Virus record (IMG/VR): IMGVR_UViG_3300025009_000111
Span: 1-60,390 of that record
Direction: 5' to 3' (one strand)
DNA: 60,390 nt
Source of the DNA: a virus
Taxonomy: Duplodnaviria; Caudoviricetes
Positions 18,352-27,649 of this stretch are shown here, one piece after another. Position numbers and translations under genes: made by a program. The notes under the pieces were generated by a model that saw nothing but the letters and a program-made list of their open reading frames with translations, searched no databases and had not been told where the DNA came from. Each line of letters starts with the position of its first letter. The stretch's first letter is position 1.

Positions 18352-19944
18352 TCAGTCAGTTAGTTCCATATCTTCTTCGGTTCTTTCAATATCCCGTTCC
18401 CACTTACACCACCAACTGTCCGTTGCGATCCTTCCCCGGGGTAGGTCCATTGTCACTCCAACTTGATCGAAGACGGTGAATTCAGTTTCTCGGTGGAGAA
18501 CCCAACTGATTCGCATCTTTTGTTCCTTCTTTTCCTGTTTGGTTTGGTGAAGCCCAAGCATCCCGACACAGTGGGACAACTTCCGTTTGTCTTCTGAGCT
18601 GTTCTTTGCAGTGATCGTTCGGAGATCATATGAATCGCGGTTCGCTTGAGTAGGAACACAAACCAAACAATGGTACCGTTGAGAAAGCTGTCGGAGTGCC
18701 GCCCACCGTTCGTTCTCCTGTTGCCGTGGGTCACTCTTAGGATTCTCAGGAGCAAGGATATCAGCATAGTCAATCACCACTACATCCGGCACGAATCCAT
18801 CCCGGTCTTTCCAGTTTTCGAGAATGGACCGAATCCCCCGGACGTTGATGCTGGTATTCGGATGTACTGATAATTTGAAGTCTCGTCCTTTCATCCGGCC
18901 AAGGATCAATTTGGCTGCCCGTTGACAATCGGACATTGTCGCCTTTTTAATCTGGACCTTTCGATACAACCAAGCCGGAACGTAGTCAGAACCTTTCCCC
19001 TTACAACGTGTACAAGGCTTATACCCTTCCGGGATATCTTCTGGAGGCATTGGAACAGCATCAGCATCGGGAAGGATCTGAGGATTATTGGTCGGACAAT
19101 GCTCATTCGGGGTTTCCCCTAATTGGCAGTGCAAACAGTCAAGCGTACATCGATTATATTCATATTCATCTACTGAAGTGTGCTTCCCTGTCAACAGTGA
19201 ATATAGCCGGCGAAGGGTTTGGGATTCGGACATATCCCCGACTTGGAACCACGCTACATTCACACGGGATAAGCAACCCCGCTGAATCAGGATTGTTCCC
19301 CAATATGTCTTTCCACGCTTTTCCGGACCGAGCAATCCAATAAGTGAATCCCGAACCATGTAACGATTTAGCAATTCACCTAGGGATCCAGGGAACGTTA
19401 ACAAAGGGTCAATATTCTCTTCGAGGGATGCCCGAACTTTTTCCATGTCACATAGTGGATTGAATCCCCCTGTCCTTGTTCGTTCGACCGGGGTCCAACC
19501 TTTTATCATTTCCTCAGCTTGCTCGGCACCACCAGCATAAAGAGACGATCGAAGGGTTTCGCCGAGTAGTTCGATCTGTCGCTTTTTCCAATACCGAATG
19601 GTTTCATCAACTAAAAAGTCAATATTCCAACGGGGGTTCTCAGCATCATTTGCATTGTCCAGCTTGGTTAGGAATTGTTCAATCAGTGAAAGGATTTCAC
19701 TGTTGAATTCACCTTCCCGGCAAGCCCGTTCGTATCGAGTACGTATTGCCTCACCAGGAGCATCGGAGTATTGGTCATAGTACTCGATACACCAATTAGC
19801 AACATGGACGGCAAATTCAGAATGGAGATACTCAGCTCGATACTGGTCTCGGAGTTCCCGCAGAAACTTTTCTTCCAATATCATCGCTGTGACAATCTGT
19901 CGGTCCATCCTTCCGGATAGGTCCATTGGTTTTCGGCTAATCAT
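18352..19944 (-). CDS. dnaB: Replicative SF4 (DnaB-like) helicase with Cys-rich insertion
   Basis: Walker A GPEKRGKT, VIDYAD, PTQANR, SEDKRK. Confidence 0.8.
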   Translation of the reverse strand: MISRKPMDLSGRMDRQIVTAMILEEKFLRELRDQYRAEYLHSEFAVHVANWCIEYYDQYSDAPGEAIRTRYERACREGEFNSEILSLIEQFLTKLDNANDAENPRWNIDFLVDETIRYWKKRQIELLGETLRSSLYAGGAEQAEEMIKGWTPVERTRTGGFNPLCDMEKVRASLEENIDPLLTFPGSLGELLNRYMVRDSLIGLLGPEKRGKTYWGTILIQRGCLSRVNVAWFQVGDMSESQTLRRLYSLLTGKHTSVDEYEYNRCTLDCLHCQLGETPNEHCPTNNPQILPDADAVPMPPEDIPEGYKPCTRCKGKGSDYVPAWLYRKVQIKKATMSDCQRAAKLILGRMKGRDFKLSVHPNTSINVRGIRSILENWKDRDGFVPDVVVIDYADILAPENPKSDPRQQENERWAALRQLSQRYHCLVCVPTQANRDSYDLRTITAKNSSEDKRKLSHCVGMLGLHQTKQEKKEQKMRISWVLHRETEFTVFDQVGVTMDLPRGRIATDSWWCKWERDIERTEEDMELTD

Positions 19945-19947
19945 ATT

Positions 19948-20490
19948 TTATGCTTTCAATTCGATTAGAATTGCACCATCCATCAGGCGACGAGTAATTC
20001 GACAGTCGGATCCTGCCGGAGAGAGATTCGACGTGCAACTTGTTGCTTTTCCGGCATTATACCTTCCGTTGATCACCCGGTACATGATCTCGGCTTCCCA
20101 GGGGCTGCGCCCTTCCATTCCAAAATCATCAAGAATCAAATGTCGGACTGTCAGTAGTCCATGGATGCGGTCTTCCCGGTGGTGCTGGGATTCCTTGACC
20201 GAGGCTACCATTTCAGTAGTATTAGTCCAGATAGTTCCAATTCCTCTCAAAAGAAGCTCACGACAAAAAGCACAGGATAGATGCGTTTTTCCAGTTCCTA
20301 CGTCCCCGACTATATAAGCACCTGGGATAGGTACTGTCAATAGAATTTTGGCCACGGTAGCACGTAGATTTTCTGGAAAATGGGACATCTCCGCCCCGAG
20401 ATACCGTGGAGGGATTCCGGATATTTTCATCCGCTCCCCTACATGCTTCGCCATAGATTCGAGATACGTAGTCATTTCGATTTTCTCCAA
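19948..20490 (-). CDS. dnaC: DnaC/IstB-like helicase loader ATPase
   Basis: IPPRY, GDVGTGKTHL, LILDDFG, RY, TSN, RITRRL. Confidence 0.85.
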   Translation of the reverse strand: MEKIEMTTYLESMAKHVGERMKISGIPPRYLGAEMSHFPENLRATVAKILLTVPIPGAYIVGDVGTGKTHLSCAFCRELLLRGIGTIWTNTTEMVASVKESQHHREDRIHGLLTVRHLILDDFGMEGRSPWEAEIMYRVINGRYNAGKATSCTSNLSPAGSDCRITRRLMDGAILIELKA

Positions 20491-21155
20491 TTGTTCGTGA
20501 ATGAGTGCTTTTCTGTTTGACTTATTATACGGTTCATGGCAGTCTCATTTACAAGGGGACGTCCCTGTCTGCCATCACTTTTTTCAGAAAGCCAGGCATA
20601 TGCCCGGTTCTTTACTTTCTCGAAGGTATCATCACCGCGGATGACATAATCGAAGTTGAACCACGATTTTCCAACCAATTCCTTCGATTCCCTTATCGCT
20701 TCAAACAATTCAATCCATTCCCGTTTGTTGGGGTATGATGCCAGCCGCGTGTTGAGCTTTTGTTGACGCCACGTGTTGAGCTTTATGATTTTAACCAGTC
20801 CCAGTTGTTTGGAAACCTCGTTCCACCGCTCAATGATCCATTTGATACGAGCAGTGTTGTCAGGTTCTTCCTGCTCTAAAAAACTTACTTGATTCCTCAA
20901 TTCATTCGGGCGGGGGTTTTTATAAGGGGCGGGGATAGGGGGCTTTTTATTAAGGGGTAGGGGATTAATTATGGGGGTATGGGGTGGAGTTAATTTTGGG
21001 GGTGGGTGTCTTGTATTGGAAGAATTTATTTTAATTTCCGAATAGTATGTACTTAATTTCTCTCCGACTACTAATACCCCCTTTTTCAACACCAAAAAAC
21101 CACGTTCAATCATTTTATCAATTAACTCGTTATCAGACATCGTATACACTCCCAT
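20472..21155 (-). CDS. Putative replication initiator (lambda O-like position)
   Basis: Directly upstream of dnaC; Pro-rich linker; C-terminal WN...W.NFDY.IR...F.KV pattern. Confidence 0.55.
   Translation of the reverse strand: MGVYTMSDNELIDKMIERGFLVLKKGVLVVGEKLSTYYSEIKINSSNTRHPPPKLTPPHTPIINPLPLNKKPPIPAPYKNPRPNELRNQVSFLEQEEPDNTARIKWIIERWNEVSKQLGLVKIIKLNTWRQQKLNTRLASYPNKREWIELFEAIRESKELVGKSWFNFDYVIRGDDTFEKVKNRAYAWLSEKSDGRQGRPLVNETAMNRIISQTEKHSFTNNWRKSK
20908..21006. repeat. G-run/AT-run repeats inside the initiator gene (candidate iterons/origin)
   Basis: GGGGGTTTTTATAAGGGGCGGGGAT and GGGGGCTTTTTATTAAGGGGTAGGGGAT, then AATTATGGGGGT and AATTTTGGGGGT, beside an AT-rich tract. Confidence 0.5.
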
Positions 21156-21298
21156 CGTCTGCCGACTTATCGTTTACTTCGAATAAGTCTTTCTCGTTAA
21201 AAAGTAAGTGGCAAGCCCACCTATTTTACGGGATACCCGATGTACCCCATATCTGTATACGTTTTTGGGTATACTCGAACGAAAAGTCCAGTAAGCCC

Positions 21299-22921
21299 TT
21301 ACTTTTCGATAAGTCCCTGAAGTACTTCATCAAGGATCGTTTCTTCCGAATGGATATCCTTCCCGTCCAGGATCTGTTCCAATACTTTCGCTTTTCGTGC
21401 GAGTACTTTTGCAATCACTTCGTCGATCGTAGATTTCGCCAGCAGGTAATAAATATTTACCGTATCATGTTGACCGATACGGTGGCAGCGGTCCTCGGCT
21501 TGAGTAAGCTCGCCAGGTGTCCACGGCAGTTCGGCAAATGCCACGGATGAGGCTGCCGTGAGAGTGATTCCCACTCCGGCTGCTTTGACATTACCAATAA
21601 ACAGACGTATGGAAGAATCGTTTTGAAAGGCCTGTACCCGGTTGGTCCGTTGTTCCTGGCTTGTCCGTCCATCAACTATGACAGATACGTCTGGAAAGGC
21701 TTCTTTTAGTTTATCAACCGTGTCGTGGTGTGTAGTGAAAAGAACCAACTTTCCATCAGCTTCCAAGAAGTCCCGAACCCAAACAATCAAGGAATCCATT
21801 TTTCCTTTGATCGCCGCTTGCTTCAGTGCTTCAATTTGAGAAAGTTGGTCAAGTCGTTTCATTGTCCCATCTGCCAGACGCTGGAGTGCTTGATCTTGCA
21901 CTTCTCGATATTCCGTCCAGTTGTTCAAGAGAAGGGGAACTGAAGAACGGATCTTTGGAGGAAGTACAGACAGGACGTCAACTTTACGCCTGCGGATCAT
22001 GATCGTATCGTTTAGCAGTTTGTGCAGTTCGGCTTGATTGGATGCCCCTTTAAAGTCCATGCCACCCGACCAGCGGTTCGGTTCCGGGTCGCAGTACTTC
22101 AGGCCGAATTGGTAATATGATGGGAATTGAGAAGGTGCGATCAGGTTGATAGCATTGAAAAGCTCAATAGGACGATTGACCAATGGTGTTCCTGAAATCG
22201 AGATGATATGCTGAACGCCATCACAGATTTTCTGTACGGCTTTCGTTCGTTTAGTCTTGCCGTTCTTGATTCCGTGGGCTTCGTCCAGGATGACAGCTCT
22301 TACACCCAGGGATTTGAATAGAGTGATCCGAGTGGAAATGATATCGTAGTTCACCACGTGGATCCGGGCAGCTCTGAAGGTGTCGATTGAAAGTGGATCC
22401 TTTTTAGGTTCAGCTCCGGTGTGGACCAAGCAGTCTGAATGGGACCAGTCTCGGAGTTCCTTTCGCCAGACTTCCTTTAAGGACGCAGGGCAGATGATCA
22501 AAGCTGGCCGGATATGTTGGTTAGCAGTTAACCATCCGATCGTTTGGACGGTTTTGCCCAGTCCCATGTCGTCGGCGAGAAGTGCTCGTCCATTCAGTTC
22601 CTGCAATCTTTTGATTCCAACTTGTTGGTACGGGAAAAGCTGATCCCAGAAGGAAAGTTTGGAACTGTCAAACTTCGAAGACTTAGCCGGCGTTAATGCC
22701 TGGATCAAATCTGGATGGATTTTGAACCCTTTGGTTTCCAGTTCAGCGAGTTGGGAACGGGTGATAATAACGGTCCAGGTTCGGGTATCCCAGTTGAAGG
22801 TTCTGGAACTGAATGTCGTTTTGACCCAGGAAACAAGTGCCGGGTCGTAAGGATACACCAGATCGGAATAGACAGCCCCGCGGGACACTTGGTTCAGTGT
22901 AGCTGTTCGTTCGGAAGCCAT
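21299..22921 (-). CDS. SNF2-family helicase (SMARCAL1/HARP-like)
   Basis: LADDMGLGKT, LDEAH, SGTP, GVGITLT, QAEDRCHRIGQ; N-terminal FPY-like...W....W HARP-like domain. Confidence 0.92.
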   Translation of the reverse strand: MASERTATLNQVSRGAVYSDLVYPYDPALVSWVKTTFSSRTFNWDTRTWTVIITRSQLAELETKGFKIHPDLIQALTPAKSSKFDSSKLSFWDQLFPYQQVGIKRLQELNGRALLADDMGLGKTVQTIGWLTANQHIRPALIICPASLKEVWRKELRDWSHSDCLVHTGAEPKKDPLSIDTFRAARIHVVNYDIISTRITLFKSLGVRAVILDEAHGIKNGKTKRTKAVQKICDGVQHIISISGTPLVNRPIELFNAINLIAPSQFPSYYQFGLKYCDPEPNRWSGGMDFKGASNQAELHKLLNDTIMIRRRKVDVLSVLPPKIRSSVPLLLNNWTEYREVQDQALQRLADGTMKRLDQLSQIEALKQAAIKGKMDSLIVWVRDFLEADGKLVLFTTHHDTVDKLKEAFPDVSVIVDGRTSQEQRTNRVQAFQNDSSIRLFIGNVKAAGVGITLTAASSVAFAELPWTPGELTQAEDRCHRIGQHDTVNIYYLLAKSTIDEVIAKVLARKAKVLEQILDGKDIHSEETILDEVLQGLIEK

Positions 22922-22967
22922 GTTCGTTTGCCTTTCAGTTATCGTTCAGTCCATGTCATGAGTCTGG

Positions 22968-22978
22968 TTATTATACGG
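22968..22978 (-). promoter_or_regulatory. CCGTATAATAA promoter motif heading the replication arm
   Basis: Exact motif ~47 bp upstream of the SNF2 gene in the divergent intergenic region. Confidence 0.6.
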
Positions 22979-23114
22979 TCGGATTGGATAAATTTGAAGG
23001 AAAGTTGAAAAATATTTATGGTTTACACTAGTAATCTAGTTAAACTGGTTGTATATTGTTAGTATCAGGGTGGAAGCACCACCTACAACCAACCAAAATA
23101 AAGGAGAGACTGAG

Positions 23115-23315
23115 ATGACAAAGCTAGACCAAATGGTGGAAACTTGGATTAAAGCGGAAGATAAAGCAGTACAGGGAAACCAGTTAGCCGACGCTTACGG
23201 ACGTAGTGTTGCAAAGCTCAATGCAGCTAGGACTTGGGAACACATCGATATGTACTTATACGAAGTTGCTGGAACGTGGGAATGCCAAGATCCGGAAACC
23301 AGTATCCGAGTATAA
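23115..23315 (+). CDS. Hypothetical early protein
   Basis: SD AAAGGAG, ATG; first gene after the AT-rich divergent region. Confidence 0.65.
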   Translation: MTKLDQMVETWIKAEDKAVQGNQLADAYGRSVAKLNAARTWEHIDMYLYEVAGTWECQDPETSIRV

Positions 23316-23366
23316 CCACCAACACCCCGATCCCCGGCGGGAAATACCGGGGGAGAGGACAGGAAT

Positions 23367-23645
23367 ATGAAAATCACAGTAACACGCAAAACCGAAGAGA
23401 TATACATAGCAAAGTCAGATATTGGGTACTGGCAGAACGGGGACAAGTTGGACGAGCGGTTGGCTCTGAGTACGAACGAGAGTTATCCGATATTTTTAAA
23501 TTTGTATGCGCAAGCAGTAGACCGCAAGAACGGTAATCGGTACATGCTCATCACACGGTTTGGGATTTCCAAGGTATCCTCCCCGGTTGCCTTTGCGTCT
23601 GTTCAAAACCTTAAGGTTGGTGAATCAGTGACTTTGGAAAAGTGA
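23367..23645 (+). CDS. Hypothetical protein
   Basis: ORF with SD, in operon. Confidence 0.6.
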   Translation: MKITVTRKTEEIYIAKSDIGYWQNGDKLDERLALSTNESYPIFLNLYAQAVDRKNGNRYMLITRFGISKVSSPVAFASVQNLKVGESVTLEK

Positions 23646-23655
23646 GGAGAATGTC

Positions 23656-23862
23656 ATGAACCCCAAAATCCAACAAGCACTTGACCTGCTGAACCGGATG
23701 ATTGCGGACGGGTGGGAGTATCCGGACGCTGAAGACCACGTGTCCGTGAAGCTGCGTGTAAGCAACATCGCTCTGCGCAAGGCTTACGATGCTGATCAGG
23801 TTCGGCAACTGAATAAAAACATTAGCTTTTCAGAACGGTTTGGATCTACAATCAAGGGTTGA
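23656..23862 (+). CDS. Hypothetical protein
   Basis: SD GAGGAG. Confidence 0.6.
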   Translation: MNPKIQQALDLLNRMIADGWEYPDAEDHVSVKLRVSNIALRKAYDADQVRQLNKNISFSERFGSTIKG

Positions 23863-23883
23863 ACGATAACAAGGACTAGGAGT

Positions 23884-24390
23884 ATGAAAATGAGAGCAGA
23901 TATGGAACAAATCCTCATCGATAACGATAAGCTGATCTGGGATGTTGCCCACAAGTTCGCATTCAAGTATGGGCACCCGGCGGAGGATTTGTATTCATTT
24001 GGACGCCAAATTATCGTCCAGAAGTATAATAAGTGGAATCCCTTGAAATCCAAATTCACGACGTTTGCCGTGCTGGTCCTTCGGAATTCGTTCCATATTT
24101 ACTGTCAACGGGAAGTGAAGGTCCAGTATCGGGATCCAGTCGAGTTTGTTGAAGTCATCCAAGAGACTTCCAATTCGGGTTTTTTCCTTGAAGAGATTGG
24201 AAATGTTCTCTCTTGGGACGCCAATGAGGTGGTGGACGTGTGTGTTGAAATCATGGACGATTTGAATGAAGTTGGAAAGCGTGAGGCAAAAGCCAAGATC
24301 CGGACAGCCCTTATGGACCGTTTCGGATGGACGATGGAAGCTGTCGGTGAACTGTACACGGAGATACGTCAAGTGTTGAAGGAGATCTGA
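23884..24390 (+). CDS. Small sigma-70-like factor (region 2)
   Basis: LIWDVAHKF...AEDL...G......KWNP.KSKFTTFA...LRN matches the sigma region 2 pattern. Confidence 0.7.
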   Translation: MKMRADMEQILIDNDKLIWDVAHKFAFKYGHPAEDLYSFGRQIIVQKYNKWNPLKSKFTTFAVLVLRNSFHIYCQREVKVQYRDPVEFVEVIQETSNSGFFLEEIGNVLSWDANEVVDVCVEIMDDLNEVGKREAKAKIRTALMDRFGWTMEAVGELYTEIRQVLKEI

Positions 24391-24392
24391 CG

Positions 24393-24560
24393 ATGGCTCG
24401 CAAGACAATCGAGACCAAAGGGGAAAGGAAGCCCTGGATGATTAAGAATTTCCCCGTGCATCTTCGACTTCAGGTCAAGCACAAAGCTGAAGATAACGGG
24501 AAGACTGTACCCGAGTTTATGGAAGAGGTCTTGAAAGGAGTGTTGAAGAATGATCGCTGA
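24393..24560 (+). CDS. Ribbon-helix-helix (Arc-like) DNA-binding protein, 55 aa (below ORF-track cutoff)
   Basis: MARKTIETKGERKPWMIKNFPVHLRLQVKHKAEDNGKTVPEFMEEVLKGVLKNDR; SD AAGGAG. Confidence 0.6.
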   Translation: MARKTIETKGERKPWMIKNFPVHLRLQVKHKAEDNGKTVPEFMEEVLKGVLKNDR

Positions 24561-25437
24561 ATTCGAACGACTTCTCCAGTCTCGGGGTACATTGAACAAT
24601 CGGGGATTTTATGAAGTCGATTGCCCAGTGTGCGGGAAAGTGGGACATCTGGGAGTACATAGAGAGACGGGGGCTTGTTCTTGCTGGGTATGCGGGAAGC
24701 AAAAGAAAATCCCCACGCTTGCTCGACTTTTGGGGATGGATGAACCTAAGGTCAGGTCTTTACTACGTAAAAAGGTCCAGATAGAGATACCCCAACGGAA
24801 ACAGGTCGAAAAAGCGAAGGGAACATACCAAGAACCTAGGGGAGTTATCCCACTGCAGACTTGTCACGCACAATATCTGATGAATAGGGGGTTGAACATC
24901 CAAGAACTCGAGGACACATATTGTGTGTCCTCTATCAACTACATGGGAGGTCTTTTCGCCAACCGGATTTTCATCCCCACGCACTTTGAGGGGGAGCGGG
25001 TGAGCTGGCAAACCAGGTCAGTAATGAATTCCGTTAAGAACAAGTATATGTCTGCTCCAAAGGACATGGAATCAGTCAATCATAAGTCCATCGTATATGG
25101 CTGGGATTGGGCTGAAGCTATCGGAAAGGCTGTTGTGGTTGAAGGTGTCGTCGATGTGTGGAAGCTCGGTCTTGGAGCGGTGCATACTTTTGGGGTTGAA
25201 TGGACTTTGGACCAGTTGATTCTGCTTTCAAAGTTGAAAAAAGTATTTGTCATGTATGATAACGAGACGGATCCTCGGAAAAAGCAGGCAGTGGATAAGC
25301 AGGCTAACACCTTGGCCGAATCTCTCTCAGCGTTAGGTGCCGACGTAGAACGTGTGGAATTGTCCGGTATGTACCACGATGCGGGGGAGATGCCCCAGGA
25401 TGAAGCCCGGAAGTTGATGAGACATTTGGGTTTTTGA
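24550..25437 (+). CDS. dnaG: DNA primase (zinc finger + TOPRIM)
   Basis: CPVC...H...CWVC, RIFIP, KY, VVEGVVD, YDNE, DAG. Confidence 0.85.
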   Translation: MIAEFERLLQSRGTLNNRGFYEVDCPVCGKVGHLGVHRETGACSCWVCGKQKKIPTLARLLGMDEPKVRSLLRKKVQIEIPQRKQVEKAKGTYQEPRGVIPLQTCHAQYLMNRGLNIQELEDTYCVSSINYMGGLFANRIFIPTHFEGERVSWQTRSVMNSVKNKYMSAPKDMESVNHKSIVYGWDWAEAIGKAVVVEGVVDVWKLGLGAVHTFGVEWTLDQLILLSKLKKVFVMYDNETDPRKKQAVDKQANTLAESLSALGADVERVELSGMYHDAGEMPQDEARKLMRHLGF

Positions 25438-25640
25438 AGAGGAGAGAGAACGTGATCAAGTTTAATTCGTTTCCGTGTCGGTTCGCCAGTAGTATCGGGG
25501 CGATATTCTACCGGGTGAATCCCAACAAGAACAGTCAGTGGAGGAAGATGCTTGAGAGACATCAGAGAGAAGTTGAGACGGTGCGCACAAGCTATCCAAA
25601 GGCGTTTGTTGCGTCCGATAACCACGGAGGTGTCAACTGA
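25434..25640 (+). CDS. Hypothetical protein
   Basis: Fills the gap, overlapping both neighbours. Confidence 0.45.
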   Translation: MKRRENVIKFNSFPCRFASSIGAIFYRVNPNKNSQWRKMLERHQREVETVRTSYPKAFVASDNHGGVN

Positions 25641-26149
25641 TGCCACGCGGGGATGGAAAACCTATACGTGTCCAGCCGGTCACCGAACCGACGGCAATCA
25701 GTGCGATGGACGTTGTGATCCAGGGTTTGATCCTGGGCAAAACCACTCGTCAGATAGTGGAGGCAATGGAAAAGAAGCACAACCTACCTCCAGAGGCAAC
25801 GGGGAAGTTGATCACCACGGCGAAAAAGGAACTAAGTGAGCTGTACGCCATGAGTATCCGGGAACATTTTCACCGCACGCTCACGCGCTTGGAACACCTT
25901 TGGCAGAAGACCTACGGGACAGGAGACTATACCGGGGCATTGAACGTGCAGAAAGCAATTATTGGACTGCTCGGATTGGAAGCCCCGAAGGAAATGCGAA
26001 TCTCGGCTGAAGTCAACAGTCAGAGTGTCAAATTGGAAATTGATCAATCACGTCTTGACCAGCTCACAGTCGAAGAACGACAGCAGCTTCTTGGTACTCT
26101 GCTCGCGCTCGCTCCAACCCAGAAAAAAGAGGATGAACCACCCGTATAA
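25640..26149 (+). CDS. Putative terminase small subunit
   Basis: N-terminal HTH, helical core, LLGLEAP, C-terminal D..LT.EE.L pattern; upstream of terL. Confidence 0.6.
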   Translation: MPRGDGKPIRVQPVTEPTAISAMDVVIQGLILGKTTRQIVEAMEKKHNLPPEATGKLITTAKKELSELYAMSIREHFHRTLTRLEHLWQKTYGTGDYTGALNVQKAIIGLLGLEAPKEMRISAEVNSQSVKLEIDQSRLDQLTVEERQQLLGTLLALAPTQKKEDEPPV

Positions 26150-26151
26150 TA
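26142..26151 (+). promoter_or_regulatory. CCGTATAATA promoter motif
   Basis: Recurrent motif upstream of the gene at 26175. Confidence 0.55.
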
Positions 26152-26174
26152 TTCTGAAAAGGAGATCTGAAAAC

Positions 26175-26414
26175 ATGAAGAAACGAAGCCTCAGTGATAT
26201 CGCAGATGAGATATCCACGGATTGGAAACCCATGCACTTTACGGCAAAGCCTTTTGTCCAAGCAATGTCCTGTCTGGAATCTTTGGACGAAAAGTATGGC
26301 ATGGATACAGCCCGGGATATTGTAGTTCGGTTTCTGTGCAACGCTTCCACTTGGAGGGGTAAGGTTGCCCGGGCTGTCAAAGGGGAATTGAACCAAATGT
26401 TGAAAGGAAAGTGA
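26175..26414 (+). CDS. Small hypothetical phage protein
   Basis: SD AAAGGAG; R.L..IA.EI..DW...AKP...AM...FL.NA.TWRG pattern. Confidence 0.7.
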   Translation: MKKRSLSDIADEISTDWKPMHFTAKPFVQAMSCLESLDEKYGMDTARDIVVRFLCNASTWRGKVARAVKGELNQMLKGK

Positions 26415-26416
26415 AC

Positions 26417-27649
26417 ATGGCTGTGAATCAGTACACCAAGACCGAATTGGAAAAGCAAGTTGCCCGCAAGGTACACAAGAAATCTCAGCAGGTTGAACTG
26501 TTTGACCTTCCCCCAGATTGGAAGTCGTATTGGTGGGGAATGCCTCGGTTTGAGAATGGAGACTTGCACCCGCAGTATACAATGACGGTTTCCTTCATGA
26601 CCAAGGACGACAAGTTGGCTTTCGGCAAGAAGCTCGGAATTAAGATAAATGAAGCAACTCCTGGGATTTGGTTTCCAACTCAGCAGCGGCTGAAGCCTGG
26701 AGAATATCGGTATACTGGACCAAAGACGGATAGTCGGTATCCAATCTGCATCCCGAGCAAGGGACGTGCTGATTGTCAAACAACGGGGAAGTGCTTAGAC
26801 AAGATGGGTGTCAACTATCGGTTCTTCGTCGAAGATAACGAATACAAGAAGTACTGCGAGCATGTTGGATCCGAGCATGTCGTCAAGATGCCCTTCCACG
26901 ATTTAGGGAAAGGATCCATCCCGGCTCGTAACTATATCTGGGAGTGGGCGAAGGAAAAGAAGTGCAAGAGGCATTGGACTGTTGATGACAATATTCAAAA
27001 TTGGTACCGTGCCAATCATACCCGTCGTTTGATGGTGGAAGGGGGAGGGTTCTTTCACGCGATGGAGGACTTTGTCGATCGGTACCAGAATGTCGCTATG
27101 GCTGGTCCGCATCATATCGGGTTCTGCGCTGTCGGGCATTCAAAGATAGATCCAGTGCTTTGGAACAGTCGCGTGTACTCCTGCATCCTCCTCGATACCT
27201 CACTTCCCCATCGTTGGAGAGGACGGTACAACGAGGATACCGACCTTTCCATCAGGCTTCTCAAGGATGGGTATTGCACCTTGCTTTTCCACGCCTTAAT
27301 GATGAAAAAGGGGGATACAGCGGGTTCCAAGGGACATGCGATGAAGGGCGGGAACACGGACAACGTCTACAACGGAGGGGACCATCGGCTGGCTTTTGCT
27401 CAATCCCTAGCAGATCAACACCCGGACGTCGTCAAAGTCGTCTGGCGGTTCAATCGTTGGCACCACTTGGTCAACTACGCACCTTTCGCCCGGAACACTC
27501 CCGTGTTGAAGGAAGGCGTCACCCCCGTCGTATTGGACAACGAGTACGGCATGCAGTTGATTCGCGGCGAGAAGTATGATGAGCCTGAAGAGGAAGTTGA
27601 AACAAGTGCCGAAGAAGACTTCTCCGACCAGGAAGGATTTGAGGAATGA
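26417..27649 (+). CDS. GREB1/TAGT-like GT-A glycosyltransferase with N-terminal WGMP.F domain
   Basis: IPSKGR, ARNYIWE, HWTVDDNI, YSCIL, WRGRYNEDTDLS, GGNTD. Confidence 0.75.
   Translation: MAVNQYTKTELEKQVARKVHKKSQQVELFDLPPDWKSYWWGMPRFENGDLHPQYTMTVSFMTKDDKLAFGKKLGIKINEATPGIWFPTQQRLKPGEYRYTGPKTDSRYPICIPSKGRADCQTTGKCLDKMGVNYRFFVEDNEYKKYCEHVGSEHVVKMPFHDLGKGSIPARNYIWEWAKEKKCKRHWTVDDNIQNWYRANHTRRLMVEGGGFFHAMEDFVDRYQNVAMAGPHHIGFCAVGHSKIDPVLWNSRVYSCILLDTSLPHRWRGRYNEDTDLSIRLLKDGYCTLLFHALMMKKGDTAGSKGHAMKGGNTDNVYNGGDHRLAFAQSLADQHPDVVKVVWRFNRWHHLVNYAPFARNTPVLKEGVTPVVLDNEYGMQLIRGEKYDEPEEEVETSAEEDFSDQEGFEE

Noticed and set aside
22922-24560. Lysogeny switch in the divergent region
   Set aside because: No CI/Cro-type HTH pair or integrase recognisable; only a sigma-like and an RHH protein
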